DNA of 62,877 nt, the filler included, from Basidiobolus ranarum (lineage: Eukaryota), in NCBI GenBank assembly GCA_040143965.1. It is 9 parts of 9 records of this genome, joined end to end, with 100 filler letters (N's around TTAATTAATTAA, not from the genome) between each part and the next. Parts side by side here need not be neighbours in the genome. Positions count along the whole stretch, not along the records: positions 21,052 to 27,949 come from JASJQH010001219.1; positions 28,050 to 34,941 come from JASJQH010001220.1; positions 35,042 to 41,932 come from JASJQH010001221.1; 6 more parts are not named here. The stretch is one strand, 5' to 3'. Positions 22,780 through 36,282 of the stretch are shown here, piece after piece; the first letter of the stretch is position 1, and each line of letters begins with the position of its first letter. The notes under the pieces were generated by a model that was given only the letters and a program-made list of their open reading frames with translations, was not told where the DNA came from and did no database searches. The position numbers and the translations under genes are program-made.

Positions 22780-23394
22780 TTATTCTATTACATCAACCTC
22801 AGCGGCTGTTGAGTCTATTGAAGGTTCTTCCGAGTCGTTAACCTCAATGAAGGTTTCATTCTCATCAGGTAGTTCTTTCTCTTCAGCGAGTGTAGCACTA
22901 GTCTTGCTCACAGGTAAAGATTTCGGCAGGATATCTAAGAAGGATTAGCTTTCATTCAAAAAATAATTCTGCACAGTTCTCACTTACCACTAAGAAAATC
23001 GAAGATATCATCGTGTACAGGAACATTTGCTAGTCGAAAATATTCGTTTAGTTAGGCGAATATACGATAATTAAGCTATATGGTTAAGCGAACCTAAATC
23101 TTTGTAAGCCAGCGTCTTCCTTTTGTCTGTTTGCGAATAACTGTATCCAGCTGCCGAGAATTTTTTAACAAATAATTCCTGGTTTATAAGAAATCAAAAG
23201 TAAGAAACTATTTTGAGAGAAAGTTCTTGTAAAGCATTTTAAAGGAAGCGTACCGTAGCTTTAGATATTAAAAATACTGCTTCGTTAGAGCAGTTATTCA
23301 CGTCAGAATCGGCCTTTATAATTCTTTTTACTCGAGCAATGGGAAATTCGCTAACACCAGTCGCAACGTAATCTTCAACATTGGTTGAATCCAT
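22780..23394 (-). CDS. H2A-like histone-fold protein, Dpb3/POLE4/CHRAC1 class (4 exons)
   Basis: FPIARVKRIIKADSDVNNCSNEAVFLISKAT|ELFV...KRKTLAYKDL|ANVPVHDDIFDFLS|DILPK plus an acidic tail. Confidence 0.85.
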
Positions 23395-23609
23395 TAGGTG
23401 ATAATACAAAGAATACGAGAAGATAAATATCTCTATGTGACTTGTGTATTTAATCGGTAGGAAAACAAATGTAGAATGAATAAACAAATCACTCGTATTT
23501 ATTAGTTGAAAAGAATCAAGTAAATATATCCAGGAATATCGATCAACAATCAAACCTGATTCTCCACTAACAAAATCTTGTATGTCGTTCCATTTTGTAG
23601 AACGCAAGT

Positions 23610-24656
23610 ATGAGTTTATCCCTAACTGAAGTAGAGTTTCCCAATTTTTACGGTTGTTATCTATTACGTTCTTTAAAATTGCGTTGTAAAAATCACTGCT
23701 ATGTTGGTTCGACACCAGATCCAATACGCAGACTAAAACAACATAATGGTGAACTTAGCTCTGGTGCCAAGAAAACTTTCAAAAAAAGACCCTGGGAAAT
23801 GGTGTTAATAGTTCATGGATTCCCAAGCAATCTAGCTGCTTTACAAGTAATTACCAATCATATTCATTTATTTAGATAGAAGTTTTGTCTCTTTTCTTAC
23901 TAGTTGTGTAGTTCGAATGGGCATGGCAATATCCTCATCGTTCGAGACATTTAAGCCAGTTACGTGGCAAATATACTGGCCACAAGAAGGAAGCTTTTTT
24001 ACCAGTCAAGTTGGATGTGTTGATAGAGATGCTCAACTCGAACGAATGGAGAAGATGGCCACTAAAGATCCAATTTTTGAAACAAGAAGTATTCAACAGT
24101 TTTCAAAGCCTTGCATGGCCTAAGCATGTGCCTATAAATATTGGGATTCTAGAGAGCATGTCACATACTTTTGCTGATGAAGGCGAAGGAGAAGGTATAT
24201 TTGTATTTGAGAATACTTGACACCAGGAACTATTTTAATTTGGTTGTAAAAAATCAGGACGGATACAACTTGATGAATTCAACAAATATATGGCATTGGA
24301 ATCTGGTGGAGTAAAATGTGCGATATGTGTGCAGGAGATCGAAATTAAAGTAAGTCTTTTGTCGCTTTTGACCATTAGAACTCAGCCTAACTTTGCGTCG
24401 TGTGTAGGGACCTATATATTGGGCTACTTGCCAACATCCCGGCTGTACCATGTATGCCCATTTGACTTGTCTGGCGGAGGATTTCGTTCAGCATGCGGCA
24501 AAGATTGATCCGAACGAGGAAAAGCAGTTGTTGCCAATATTTGGATCATGTCCTAAATGCCAGAAGCGACTCTATTGGGGTGACATAATCCGAGCTGTGC
24601 ATGCACTCAGAAGTAGCCTACTAGGGTCAGGGACTCTCGCAGGATACGAAGTTTAA
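23610..24656 (+). CDS. SLX1: Structure-specific endonuclease subunit Slx1 (multi-exon)
   Basis: GIY-YIG domain [10 protein letters not shown]...[31 protein letters not shown]-terminal RING/PHD-like C..C...HLTCLAEDF...CPKC...WGDII. Confidence 0.93.
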
Positions 24657-25116
24657 AGCTCCATAAGGTGTAAGATCAGTTCCAACCTATTGATTTAGAA
24701 ATTAGACACATCGATTACAGTTTACTAGTAATTTAATTGCTGGTCACCTGTATAAGGACGCGTGTACAGACCGGTTATTAGTACATATCATTATTCCAAT
24801 AAAACTTGGCCTTGTAAATGACATTTGGGCGAATGTAGTGGTTTGAAACATGCTTTGGTTTTTACTTCAGAAGTTACTAGTATTAATCATTCTGCTCCTT
24901 TCGCGCTATAAACATTAATGTAAATACCCTATTTCCAGCTTATGATGAGATTTCATTGAATGATTAAATTATGTGAGACACGAATAATTCATCAAAACGG
25001 TTGCGTCAATAATTTCTTATCCCTCATCTCTGTTGAACACTGGTGACTGCATTTTTAAACCATAACCCTTCGCATTGAGAAAACACTTTACTTGAACTAC
25101 TGCAAAATACTCATTG

Positions 25117-27062
25117 ATGTACACAGCTACTAATGGGGAAGTTGAGGCGCCTATTGAGCAAGGTTCCTCTCAAGCTGTAGCTCAAATACCACGTCAAAAT
25201 GGCGAACCAAATGAGCGTACTAGTCTTCTAGATAATGGCGAGAGTAGAAATGACCAAGTATGTTACATTTCCAGCACAAAGTTCCTTAATTCCCTTTCAT
25301 TAATTGATAATTCCTTCTCTAGGCCTTCCGCCAGAAGAAATTCGTTATACTTATAATATCCTTCAGTACTCTTGCCATCCTGGCGCTTTTTGGGGTACTG
25401 GGTCCTCTTTTCCTTAAGCACATTCACGGAAAGCCAATTGAAACTCCCAGGAATACTTATTTCAATGGCAGCGAGTCTTTTGACTCAACTGTTATTTTGA
25501 TATCGTTTGATGGAATGAGATCTGAATATTTGGACCGTGGTTTAACACCAACAATAGAAAAACTTGGTAAATGTCGAACTCAAGAAAAAACATTTCTAAA
25601 AGCAACGTAGACTAACACTTGGATAAAACTAGCACATGATGGAGTTAGGGCTGAATATATGTTGCCATCATTCCCTAGTGTTACTTTTCCAAACCATTTT
25701 ACTTTGGTGACAGGGCTTTACCCTGAGACTCACGGAATTATCGGAAATGTGTTTTATGATGCAAAGCTTAATGATACCTTTGTATACACTCAACCTGCAC
25801 ATAGTTGGGACTCCAAATGGTGGGGCGGCGAGCCGGTACTTTATGTCTACTACTTTTGTCACTTTCATTTACTAACATGTAAAAGATTTGGATCACTACA
25901 GTCAAACAAAACCAAAAATCAGCTGTACACATGTGGCCAGGATGTTCCACAGAGTTTCAAAAACATGGCCCAACTTATGTCGATGAGTTCAACTTCACGG
26001 TTGGGCCGACAGAGAAGGTGAAGAGAGTCCTTGAATGGCTAGACATGCCCGCTGCTGAAAGACCTACATTCATCGGTGTATATGTCTCTGATGTCGACAC
26101 CGCTGGTCACAAATTTGGACCAGATTCCCCAGAGGTACAAGAGCCATCTTTTTCACAGTTGTTTAGCGTGATAGAAATAGATATATGCGCGAAACATAGT
26201 ATAGCCACAAGCATAACAACCCTTCTTTTTTAGGTCGACCAATCCTTATCTAGAATAGATTCTATGATCTCAAGCTTACTCGCTGGATTCGCAAGCCGTA
26301 ACTTGACCGAAATTGTCAATCTAGTTATTGTAAGCATTCGTACTCGATATGTCGACAATGCTCATCACTCAGATAAAACTAATACGTTTGGAACACTAGG
26401 TGAGTGATCATGGCATGGCGCAGACTAGCTCTAATAAACTGGTGTACTTGGATGATCTCGTGGATATGTCGTTGTTGAAGGGGATCTATGTGCATCCATT
26501 AGCTGGGCTGGTCCCCAAAAATCCGAAAGGTTTATCTTGCATATTCTACTTTCCTGGTAATCTAATTCTTACATTGGTTCTAGACATTCATAGAATATAC
26601 AAAGACTTGAAAAAAGCTAGCCAAGGTGAGCATTGGGATGTGTATCTCAGAGAAGATGTACCCCGCCGCTTTCATTACTCGACTAATCAAAGAATTCCAC
26701 CTATCGTCTGCATTCCTGATGTGGTAAAGATACACCATTATCTACAACTCATATGTTCTCTGTGCACTAATTTGAATGCATCTTGATTCTATGTACAGGG
26801 TTGGTCTTTTACCACACATAAGGAGTACGACCCATCTAATGGACCTTTTCACCCATTTGGAATGCATGGGTATGACAATTTGGCTCCAGAAATGCAGGCT
26901 AGCTTTGTCGCACACGGGCCGGCCTTTCGAAAGTCCAATGGAAAACGTATACCTGGTTTTCCTAATGTAGAACTTTATGGGATATTGGCCAACGTGTTGA
27001 ACTTGGAACCTGCAACGAATAATGGAACTGAGGCTTGGAATGGTGGAGTTTTCCCAGCATAG
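25117..27062 (+). CDS. NPP1: Type II membrane nucleotide pyrophosphatase/phosphodiesterase (ENPP/Npp1 family, multi-exon)
   Basis: ILISFDGMR; PSFPSVTFPNHFTLVTGLYPETHGIIGN (catalytic Thr); WWGGEP; DTAGHKFGP; SDHGM; GMHGYDN. Cytosolic ERTSLL motif precedes a TM helix. Confidence 0.92.
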
Positions 27063-28049
27063 CACATCAATATATTAGACCATTTGATGTGGATATTCCT
27101 AGATACATCTTTGTGATATGATCTACTTGAAATAAATCTGGAATGTTCGGATTGTAAAGGTCATCGTTGGACAAGTGACCAATTATTACACATATACGTG
27201 TGGTCAATGATTTTCATCGTTAGTCCACTCATCACTAGAAGCTTTTCACAGCTGAGAGTGTGCAGTGAGACTATTTCCTCTTTTACTGGTGAAGAATGAT
27301 CTAGTGACGATGTAGAATCTGATAAGAATCTCACCGTCCTCAGTCCCAAAGTGGATGCTATCTGGATGTAGTCCACAGATTATTGCTACTTTTAGATATG
27401 CAAACAAAATATGTTGGGACCCCGCCGAATTTTTTCATTGGTCAGTTCAGATGAGCGAATTGTTGGTGTTCTTGTGACCCAGGCATAGGACAAATGAGAT
27501 AGCGAGGTGAAATACAAATCCACAAATGTGTTCCCTAGGCTATGGATTTTGCATAGATTGATGATAGACACTTACCATAGTTGTCAATTTACTTTTCATT
27601 ACTTCCAAAACGATCATTTATGCACTATTGAATGTTCGTCGTTGTAGGTTTTTTTCTTTCTTCTCAGTAGAAATGCAACCACATATTCATTACTCCGTTT
27701 CTCCATGTTATTGATTTTACCTTGGATTGAATCTTCCGCAGGCAAAAACCTTTTATGGGTAATCAGCTCTGGGCCTATTCTTTTGTGAATTGACTACTCC
27801 TAGATAATATTGATTGATCGTCCCAAAAATTCCTTCTAGATTTTGCTATCACTTGAGAATTAACCTTTTATATATTTTCAACCCTCAACTTAATTTACTA
27901 TCAAATCTATCATCACCTCTTCAAAAAATGTCCTATTCTAATACTTCGANNNNNNNNNNNNNNNNNNNNNNNNNNNNNNNNNNNNNNNNNNNNTTAATTA
28001 ATTAANNNNNNNNNNNNNNNNNNNNNNNNNNNNNNNNNNNNNNNNNNNN

Positions 28050-30670
28050 GAAGAAGACAATGGTTTTGTTATGGACTCATTGTTATTGTCAAACATTAGT
28101 CCCTTCATAACACTTACTGTGAAGGAAGCAGCGTAGATTATTGATGAGTAGAGGGTTCAATCTAATCTTAGCAACCAGGTGTTAATTGTTTTTCTTACAC
28201 TTGTATGACAGTTGATTGGCAACAGTTGCTTGCCAAAGATCTGGTACAAGTGGAAAACACTTGGTAATCATATGACTTATAACCCTTGAGTAATTAAACT
28301 ACCTTCATGTCCACATGGTTGTTTGGCTTTGACTGGTGATCTGAAAAACCTGAAGTCATATACTGTTTGCAGACAATAGGCAATCACTAAATCTGATGAC
28401 TATTGTGCATCATTGGCTTACATATCATTGAATCCCCATTTATCATTAATATTTTGCTAACATTCTATTGATTCTTCATCTTGAAATTTTGATGAAATCA
28501 CCAAATATAGATTGATGATCCAATACCAAAGTCTTCACCATCAAGCTGATAATAATTCCAATATAATTAATGGATATCACTACCAGAATCTGAAAAGTCA
28601 AGGTTTCTTTGAGAACACTTGTGATCGTGCATTTGCAATTTCTCTGGATGGTTTCTTGCTCAACAAATATACTATTGGAAAGGCTTGCTGGCCAATAATT
28701 TTGATGAACTTAAATTTTCCTCCTCGTCAATGGTATAAGAGCCAAGATATTTTGATACTCTCCATCATATCTGGACCTAAATTACCAGTGCTTATAGATA
28801 GCTTCTTGGAGCCTTTGTTTGTGGAATTTGAATGGGTATCTAATGGGGTTCCAATGGGGGACTATCTTATTAAAGCTTATATCAATGTATGTATTGGTGA
28901 CATTCCTACCATCAGAAAACTTGGAGGTTTTTGGGGGAACAATGCACTATATTGCTGTAGATTTTGTCAAATCAATGGAGTTTACTCTATCAGGCATACA
29001 CATTACTACTATCCACTTACAAAACTAAAATTCATGAATTTACCATTAAGAGGCCAGTCAGAATCCAACATGTTCTCTGATATCAATGCACCAAATAGTC
29101 AGTCTAACATCAAACCTGTTATTAGCCATAAGTCTAAGATTATATTGCTAAAGAGGATTAGCGGGAGCCAAAGCTTCCCAGTAGGCACTATGCACTTACT
29201 ATTTAACAACATTCCAATACTACTTACTCAGCTATGTGATGGAAAATTCAATATGAATGAGCCATTTCAGACAGGATTAAAGTTTGAATCAATTGGGAAA
29301 ATGTTTGAAAACATCAAGATACCATCATATTTTGCCAGGAATCCCATCAATATCTCCTCATCTAGGCATTTATTCAAATGCAAAGACTGGAAGTGTTGGA
29401 TTTGTATACATTCACGTGAGATTTTGAAAAGATTTCTGCTTGATAAGTATTAGCAACATTATTAGTTGTTTGTCAATATTGTTAATATATTCTTATGGCA
29501 TCAACTCACATTGGCAGATCTCAGGCAGATACAGCAACTGTGCAGAGTTTTTATAATTGAATACCAAAAACTTCATTACAAGTTTAAAGAAGATAGACTG
29601 AATCTATGCCAGTAATCAATACATTCCCTGCTGTATTCTTTGCACTTCTTAGAGATTATAGGTCCTTGCTATACATTCTGGGAGTTCCCAATGGAGCACA
29701 CCTGCGGTGAAATGATGATCCCTGTGAAATTGTCAGTATTACCATATGCTAATCTGATTAACAATGTATCAGCAAAAACAGTGATGGATGTAATGCAATG
29801 GGTTAAGGAGACTCCTGAGTATATTAACCTTCCAACAACGGGCACTTTTCAATGTGCTCACAGGTTTTTACATTGTTTGAGCACAATTTCAGTAACAAAG
29901 CCCAATTTATGGACACAGAGTCAGTACCTCTGTAGTTTGAACTAATTTGTTTGTGCAATAATCTGACAGTATTTTTAGGAAACCTTCAAGACAGACTTTT
30001 TGGTGAGATAGATCAAGATATGAGGTATTATTGTTTTAGCCATTGGATAATTGATTCTAGCAATGACACATCCACTTGTGGCAGGACATTTGTTGACTCC
30101 AAGTTGGGGATATATTGGCTGAATTCTTTAGGGAAATTTGCCAAGATCCAAGACCTTATTCTCATTGTGAACCATGACAAGAGTCAGCTATTCGCCAAGT
30201 GTCAGTACTATTCAAAATTTTGATGTTTAGCAATTTTTCCACTGTTAGTTTGTGGGTAAAGCATATTGATGTTGCAGAGTTATGTCTGATTAGTCAAGTG
30301 TGTTCATATGTGGAGACTAATCACAACAATATTGCTGTATCTTTTGATTCTCATCATTGCTGGAAAACAAAGCTTGCAATATTTAAATAAAGGCATGCAT
30401 ATTAATTCAAGTTCCTACAGCAGTAAACCCAGTAATTTGCCATTCAAAATTGGATTTTGCAAAAATTGCCAGGTATTGAATAATCCATGCCAAATATGAG
30501 GATCAATATATTAATATGTATGAATCTCATCAAAATACCACCAAGAAATTGCCGTCACACCATCAAAATCCCTGGCAGAATGCAAGCCCCTAATATTGTG
30601 ATGGTTCTCTGACAGTTTTGCAACTTTGGAGGGTGGATCTGATCCGGATCAAATCAATTTCATTTTTGTT
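28050..30670 (+). mobile_element. Decayed CACTA/EnSpm (CMC superfamily) transposon; Tnp2/Transposase_21-type transposase with DUF4218-like C-terminal part
   Basis: 313-aa remnant AISLDGF...CWPIILMNLNFPP...IISGPKLP...DSFLEPL...GDIPTIRKLGGFWGNNALYCCRFC, then MHLLFNN and GPCYTFWEFPMEHTCG. Confidence 0.9.
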
Positions 30671-30799
30671 AGGGTAGTCGCTTCAAACCACTGCACTAAT
30701 TGCAATATTGCATCATTATTACTGGTCATGGCCGGTATAGCAACTTTGTAGTTTTTACTCAATCAAGAACTACTCCAAAATATCTGCTCCATTAACAAA

Positions 30800-31570
30800 C
30801 CATAACAAAAATAAAATTGATTTAATACGGATTGGATCCATCCTCTGAAAGAGCAAAACTGTCAGAGAACCATCACAATGTTGCTGGCTTGCATTCTGCC
30901 AGGGATTTTGATGGTGTGATGGTGGCTTCTTGATGCTATCTTGACAGTATTCATACATGGTAAAATATTGATCCCCATATTTGGTATGTGTTATTTAATT
31001 TCCTGCCAATTTTGCATTAATATAATATTCCAAAGGCAGATTACTGGGTTTACTGCTGTAGGAACTCAAACTAATGAGCATGCCTTAATTTAGATATTTT
31101 TGGCTTTGCATTCCAACCATAATGAGAATCAAAAAAGACAAGAATCTTGTTGTGTTTAGTCTCTACATATGCACATACTTGACTGATCAGACATGACTCA
31201 ACAATATCAATAACCTTTAAGCAAACTAATGGTGGGAAATTAGCTTAATATCTGAAATTTTCAATAGCACACACACTTGGCAAATAGCTGACTCTTGTTA
31301 CCATTCACAATAAGAATTAGCTCTTGGATTTTTGCAAATTCCCATCAAGAATTCAGCAAATATATCCTTAACTTGCAGTCAGCAAATGTCCCACCACAAG
31401 TAGATGTGTCATTACTTGAATATATTACCCCATGGCTAAAACAATAATACTGCATATCTTGAGCTATCTCACCAAGCAGTCTTTCTCGCAGCTTTCCTAA
31501 AAGTACCATCAGATTATGACAAAAGCAAATTAGTCCAGTTGTAGTGATACAAACTCTGTGTCCATGAATT
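30800..31570 (-). mobile_element. Inverted copy of the 3' end of the CACTA element
   Basis: Reverse complement aligns with ~29900-30665. Confidence 0.85.
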
Positions 31571-31599
31571 GGGCTTCACTTACTTGAAGCCTAGTATGG

Positions 31600-34500
31600 A
31601 AGTTTCTCCTACTTTTGGTATCATCAATAGTGCACTGATATCTGATTGAACAATAGTTTATGTAGTAACCAAACAAATTGACTAGCTGCTTTCTGGTAGG
31701 TATTTGAGTACATGAGCCAGAGTATTTCTCAAATATAGCTTCTAGGGTGGTGATAGGAAAGCTAGTAGTTGCTTTTGGATTATTGAGCAATGACCATTTA
31801 GAGTAAATGGAGAGCATGATATTTGCCTTGTATTGAGCTGGCACAATACTGATCAAACTGCCACATATGAGATATTTATCAAAGAATCTCAATTGTCATG
31901 GTAAAATTCCCTATATTCTGTATAATAAAGTTTTTGTTTGCATTTATCATCCAAGTTATTTCAATTACGTGTTATTGCATGGAAATATTATAATAAACTG
32001 TATCAGCAAAGTTAATCATAGTTGAATCCAAATTAATTTATTTAGCATACATATCAAAATGGCTCAAAGTTGAATGCATTATGCTTGATCACACTATAGG
32101 AAATTAACTTTGACATTTTAACCAATAATATAAAAACATCCCTAATTCTGATTGCAACCAATAAAGTCTAACATCATAGTTATATATGGTAGTTGCATAT
32201 TATGTAAAACAGATCCTTCCTGATTCACAACCTACATTGGTACCGGAAACCACCACTGCCAAAATTTTGTGTGTGCAGTCAAATGAAGGTGTGGGTGGCA
32301 CAAAGCAGCATGCTCCTGATGATTTTACAGATGCCTAGGTATTCACTATGAATTCTTGCTTGGATATATGGGAGTTATTGATATACTTGACAGAAGCTGG
32401 GGAAGGGGGCATTTGAAAAAGTGGATGCAACTTTTGACTCTGCTTTGGAGAGATTGCTGTATATTCATGCCTTCAGAAGTCTGCAAGAAAATATACAATA
32501 AAACTCATGAGGATAGAAAGCATGAATTAAGAAATTTGCATCTCAATTTTGAGTTTGCAAAGACACAATTCTAATTGCAATTTTGCTTTGATGGACCAGA
32601 AGCAACCATTGCAGCCTCAACTTTAGAGACAAAATATGTTCTTAATGGATATTTACCACTGGTCAATGAGACTTTGCAGCAACTGCCAATGGAGGTTGCA
32701 TAGTTCAAAGAAACATTTCAGGACACTATAGCAAGAGTAATCAACCAAGGTGTAAAGAGAAAAGCAAGACAATTTATTGAATCTAAAGATATTACCATAT
32801 TGCCATCCATTATTGGAAGTATTTTACAAATCCCCTGATGATTTATCTGTGACACCATTGCAGAATCAGCTGATAATATTGATGTGCCATATCTGAAATA
32901 CCACCCTTACATAGGAGGTGTTCTTCTTTCTACAATATTCTTCTCATGCCACAACACAGATGTTCAAAGAAGCCCTGCTATTATTATCACATAGTTTTAG
33001 GCCAAGAAAGTTGAAGCTTCATAGAAAAATGATCACAAGCATTGTCACCATCAAAAGCCACCAGCTGCACAAAGCCTGGTAAATATCAACAGTAATGAGG
33101 GCACAAAATCAATCTCAGATTTGCCCACTGAGTCTGCTGGCTGTGCTTTGCCTCAAAGTTTTGGCAAAAATGCCAAAAGTGAAGATACTATGGAGTTACC
33201 ACAGTGATATGACCCAAAAGATGTAGGTAGAAATGCAGCTTTGGATGAACCAGTAAGTCCAGAACACTTTGAGGATATGCTGCTAGATATTGACCTTTGT
33301 TATTACAGTACTGATGGTAGTCTATCACAAGTTGAAGAAGAAAACCATGGTTTTCTTACTGACTTGCTTTATAAGCAAGCATTAGTCTGCTCATAGCACT
33401 TACAATCTAGGAAGCAGCTTTGAATATTCATGGGTGCAGAGTTCAATCTAATCTTTGCAACCAGGTTTTTATTAGTTTTCTTAAACTTCTAACCAGTTTA
33501 TTGGTAGCTGTTGCTTGCCACAGATCAGTTAGAAGTGGAAAATACTTGTCAATCATTTTAATAATAACATTCAGCAATCAAGCTACCTTCATGTTCAAAT
33601 GGTTTTTTGGCTTTAACTGGTGTTGTGAAAAACCTGCAGTCATTTACTGTTTGCAAACAATTGGCAATCACTGAATGTGGTAAATACTCTTCATATTTGG
33701 CTTAAATACTGTTGATTCCCCATCTTAAAGTTCTGATGAAATCACCCAAATATAGATTGTTGATCCAATACCAAAGTATTCACCATCAAGCTGCTAATAA
33801 TTCCAATATAATTGATGGATATCACTACTAGAATCTGAAAAGTCAAGGTTTCTTTGAGAGCATGTATGATCATGTATTTGCATTGGCACTGGATGGTTTC
33901 CCACCAAACAAATATACTGTTTGAAAAGCTTGCTGGCTAATAAGTTTAATTTACTTAAATCTTCCTCCTTCTGAATGGTATATGAGTCATAATACTTTGA
34001 TACTATATATTATATCTGGACTTACATCACCAGTGCTGATAGATAGCTTCTTGCAGCCTTTAATTGCATAATTTGAATGGTTATCCAATTGGTTCAGATG
34101 GGTGAGTATTTTATTAAAAATAATATCTTTGTATGTATTGGTGACCATCCTGCCATAAGTATACTTGCAGGTATTTTCAAGCACAATGCACTATCTTGCA
34201 GTATATTTTGTCACATCAAAGGAGTTTACTCTATCAGCCTTGTGCATTACTACTATCCAAATACCAAACTAAACTCCATGATTTTACCATTGTGAGCCCA
34301 GTCAGATTCCAACATGATCTCTGATATCAACTCACAAATTAGTCAGTCTAACATCAAACTTGACATTAGCCATAAGCCTAAGATTATATTGCTAAAGGGA
34401 ATCAGCTGGAGCCAGAACTTACCATTAGGCACTATGCGCTTACTATTCAACAACATGTTAATACTATTGACTCAGCTATATTGCAGAAAATTCTATATTA

Positions 34501-34722
34501 ATAGGCCCTTTGTGATAGGAGCAAAGTTTCACTCAATTGGGAAAAGGCTTGAAACCATCATTATACAATCATATTTTACCCAGGACTTCCATCAATATCC
34601 ACTCATCTAGGTGTTTATTCAAGTGCAAAGGCTGGAAGTGTTGGATTTGTATATAGTCAAGTGGAATCCTGAAAGCCTTTCTACCTGATATGTATTGGCA
34701 ACATTGGGTGTTGTTTGTGCAT
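31600..34722 (+). mobile_element. Another decayed CACTA copy (upstream region/second ORF remnant plus transposase)
   Basis: 31600-32790 parallels 15600-16740, and 33330-34720 parallels 28050-29480. Confidence 0.85.
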
Positions 34723-35041
34723 TGTAGTGTGGGATAGGGGTGTTAACTTAAATATTCAGTAATAAAGCTTAATCCCACTACAAATCTCCAGCAAAGCTGA
34801 ATTTTTTATATTGGAAGCTTAAAAATATTGATAGGAGATATATTCTTCACTCTATCTTTAAAGGGTAAAGACACACTTCAGTATGTCAATAGCTTGAAGA
34901 CTTTATGAGAAAAGATTATTTCTGATAATAGAACTATCAAANNNNNNNNNNNNNNNNNNNNNNNNNNNNNNNNNNNNNNNNNNNNTTAATTAATTAANNN
35001 NNNNNNNNNNNNNNNNNNNNNNNNNNNNNNNNNNNNNNNNN

Positions 35042-35345
35042 TATCCAAGCCGCTTTGAAGTCTATGACTAAAAATAGAACTACCTTGGTCATTGCCCATC
35101 GCCTCTCCACAATTGTCCATGCCGATATGATTCTAGTCGTAAGAGATGGTGATATTGTAGAACGGGGATCTCACGCCGAGTTGATGAGCCAGTGTGATGG
35201 TGTTTATTACGATCTATGGATGAAACAGCTTCAAGATGATGAGAAAATGCGGGAGGATGTCCTCCAACAATTAGAAGATCTTGGTACATCTGAATCCGAT
35301 ATGGAAGGCTCTACCTCGTCAGCCGTTGAGCAGAAGAAGATGTAG
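35042..35345 (+). CDS. ABC transporter (ABCB half-size, Hmt1/Atm1-like), C-terminal end
   Basis: [48 protein letters not shown]...[10 protein letters not shown] (H-loop). Confidence 0.85.
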
Positions 35346-36282
35346 CTGAGTCTTGATTATTTGAAAAAGATTGTACGCTCGGCTATAGAAGCATGTTCCA
35401 AACTGGTATACAGATAAGAGAACCAGGGCATGGGATAATGAGTCAGAGTGTAATATGCTGTTATTAGTATGTCTTTCCATTTAGCTCCTTCAATCTACAT
35501 GTATCCGTGAGATTTCGTATTTGTGAGCATAAGTTTTTATCGTCTAAAAATTACAAAATAGTAATAAATAATTTATCAACTCACCTTTAAAGTGCATGCA
35601 TGTGCGATGAGGCTGAAGAGTGTTGTCATACAATCTAGGCGTTCAATAATAGAAAAGCGCAATTTCTACAGGCAATATGTTAGATATCCGTTTCAGGTAA
35701 TTGTTTTTCATAATAAAGTAATCTGATTGAATCCCGATATTCGCCGATATTACCACAGGATTTCATGAAGCTTCATTTACCGCATTAGTCAACCTGACCT
35801 GATATAATACTAGAGATTACTTAAGCAGAACCGTAGATTTCCGTACTCCGGACGAAGTGAAATGAAAATATTATTTGTTCCGATTACTCCCATAGTGTAG
35901 AAAAGCATGCTCTTTCAGGATTCTCACCGTTACACAAGATACTTCGCGTCATTACACGATAAGTATGGTGATAAAGAAGTTTGAATCAAAAATCAACTCT
36001 GGCGACAAACTATATGAATGGAATGACTATTATCGCAACTATTACTATTGATAAAGCTATACAAAACTCAGCATGTCTACTGTTTACAAAACTACGAGGT
36101 TCATATTGGTTTGCTTCGATAGTATTATATTTGCTAGTGATTGATGGTAAACAAGATAGTTATTTATTAAGACAACTCTAGTATATCTATAATATACATA
36201 TATGCTAATATTTACAAACTGATAAAAGTAGATAGAATTCCTGTTGATTTGTACAATAAATATACTGTGACATAGATGTTTT

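Noticed and set aside
23239-23724. 161-aa minus ORF as the full gene
   Set aside because: Its upstream part is antisense to SLX1 and the promoter; the histone-fold protein starts at the ATG at 23394 and is spliced.
27161-27700. Possible minus-strand gene after NPP1
   Set aside because: Splice-like signals exist, but I could not assemble an open frame or recognise a motif.
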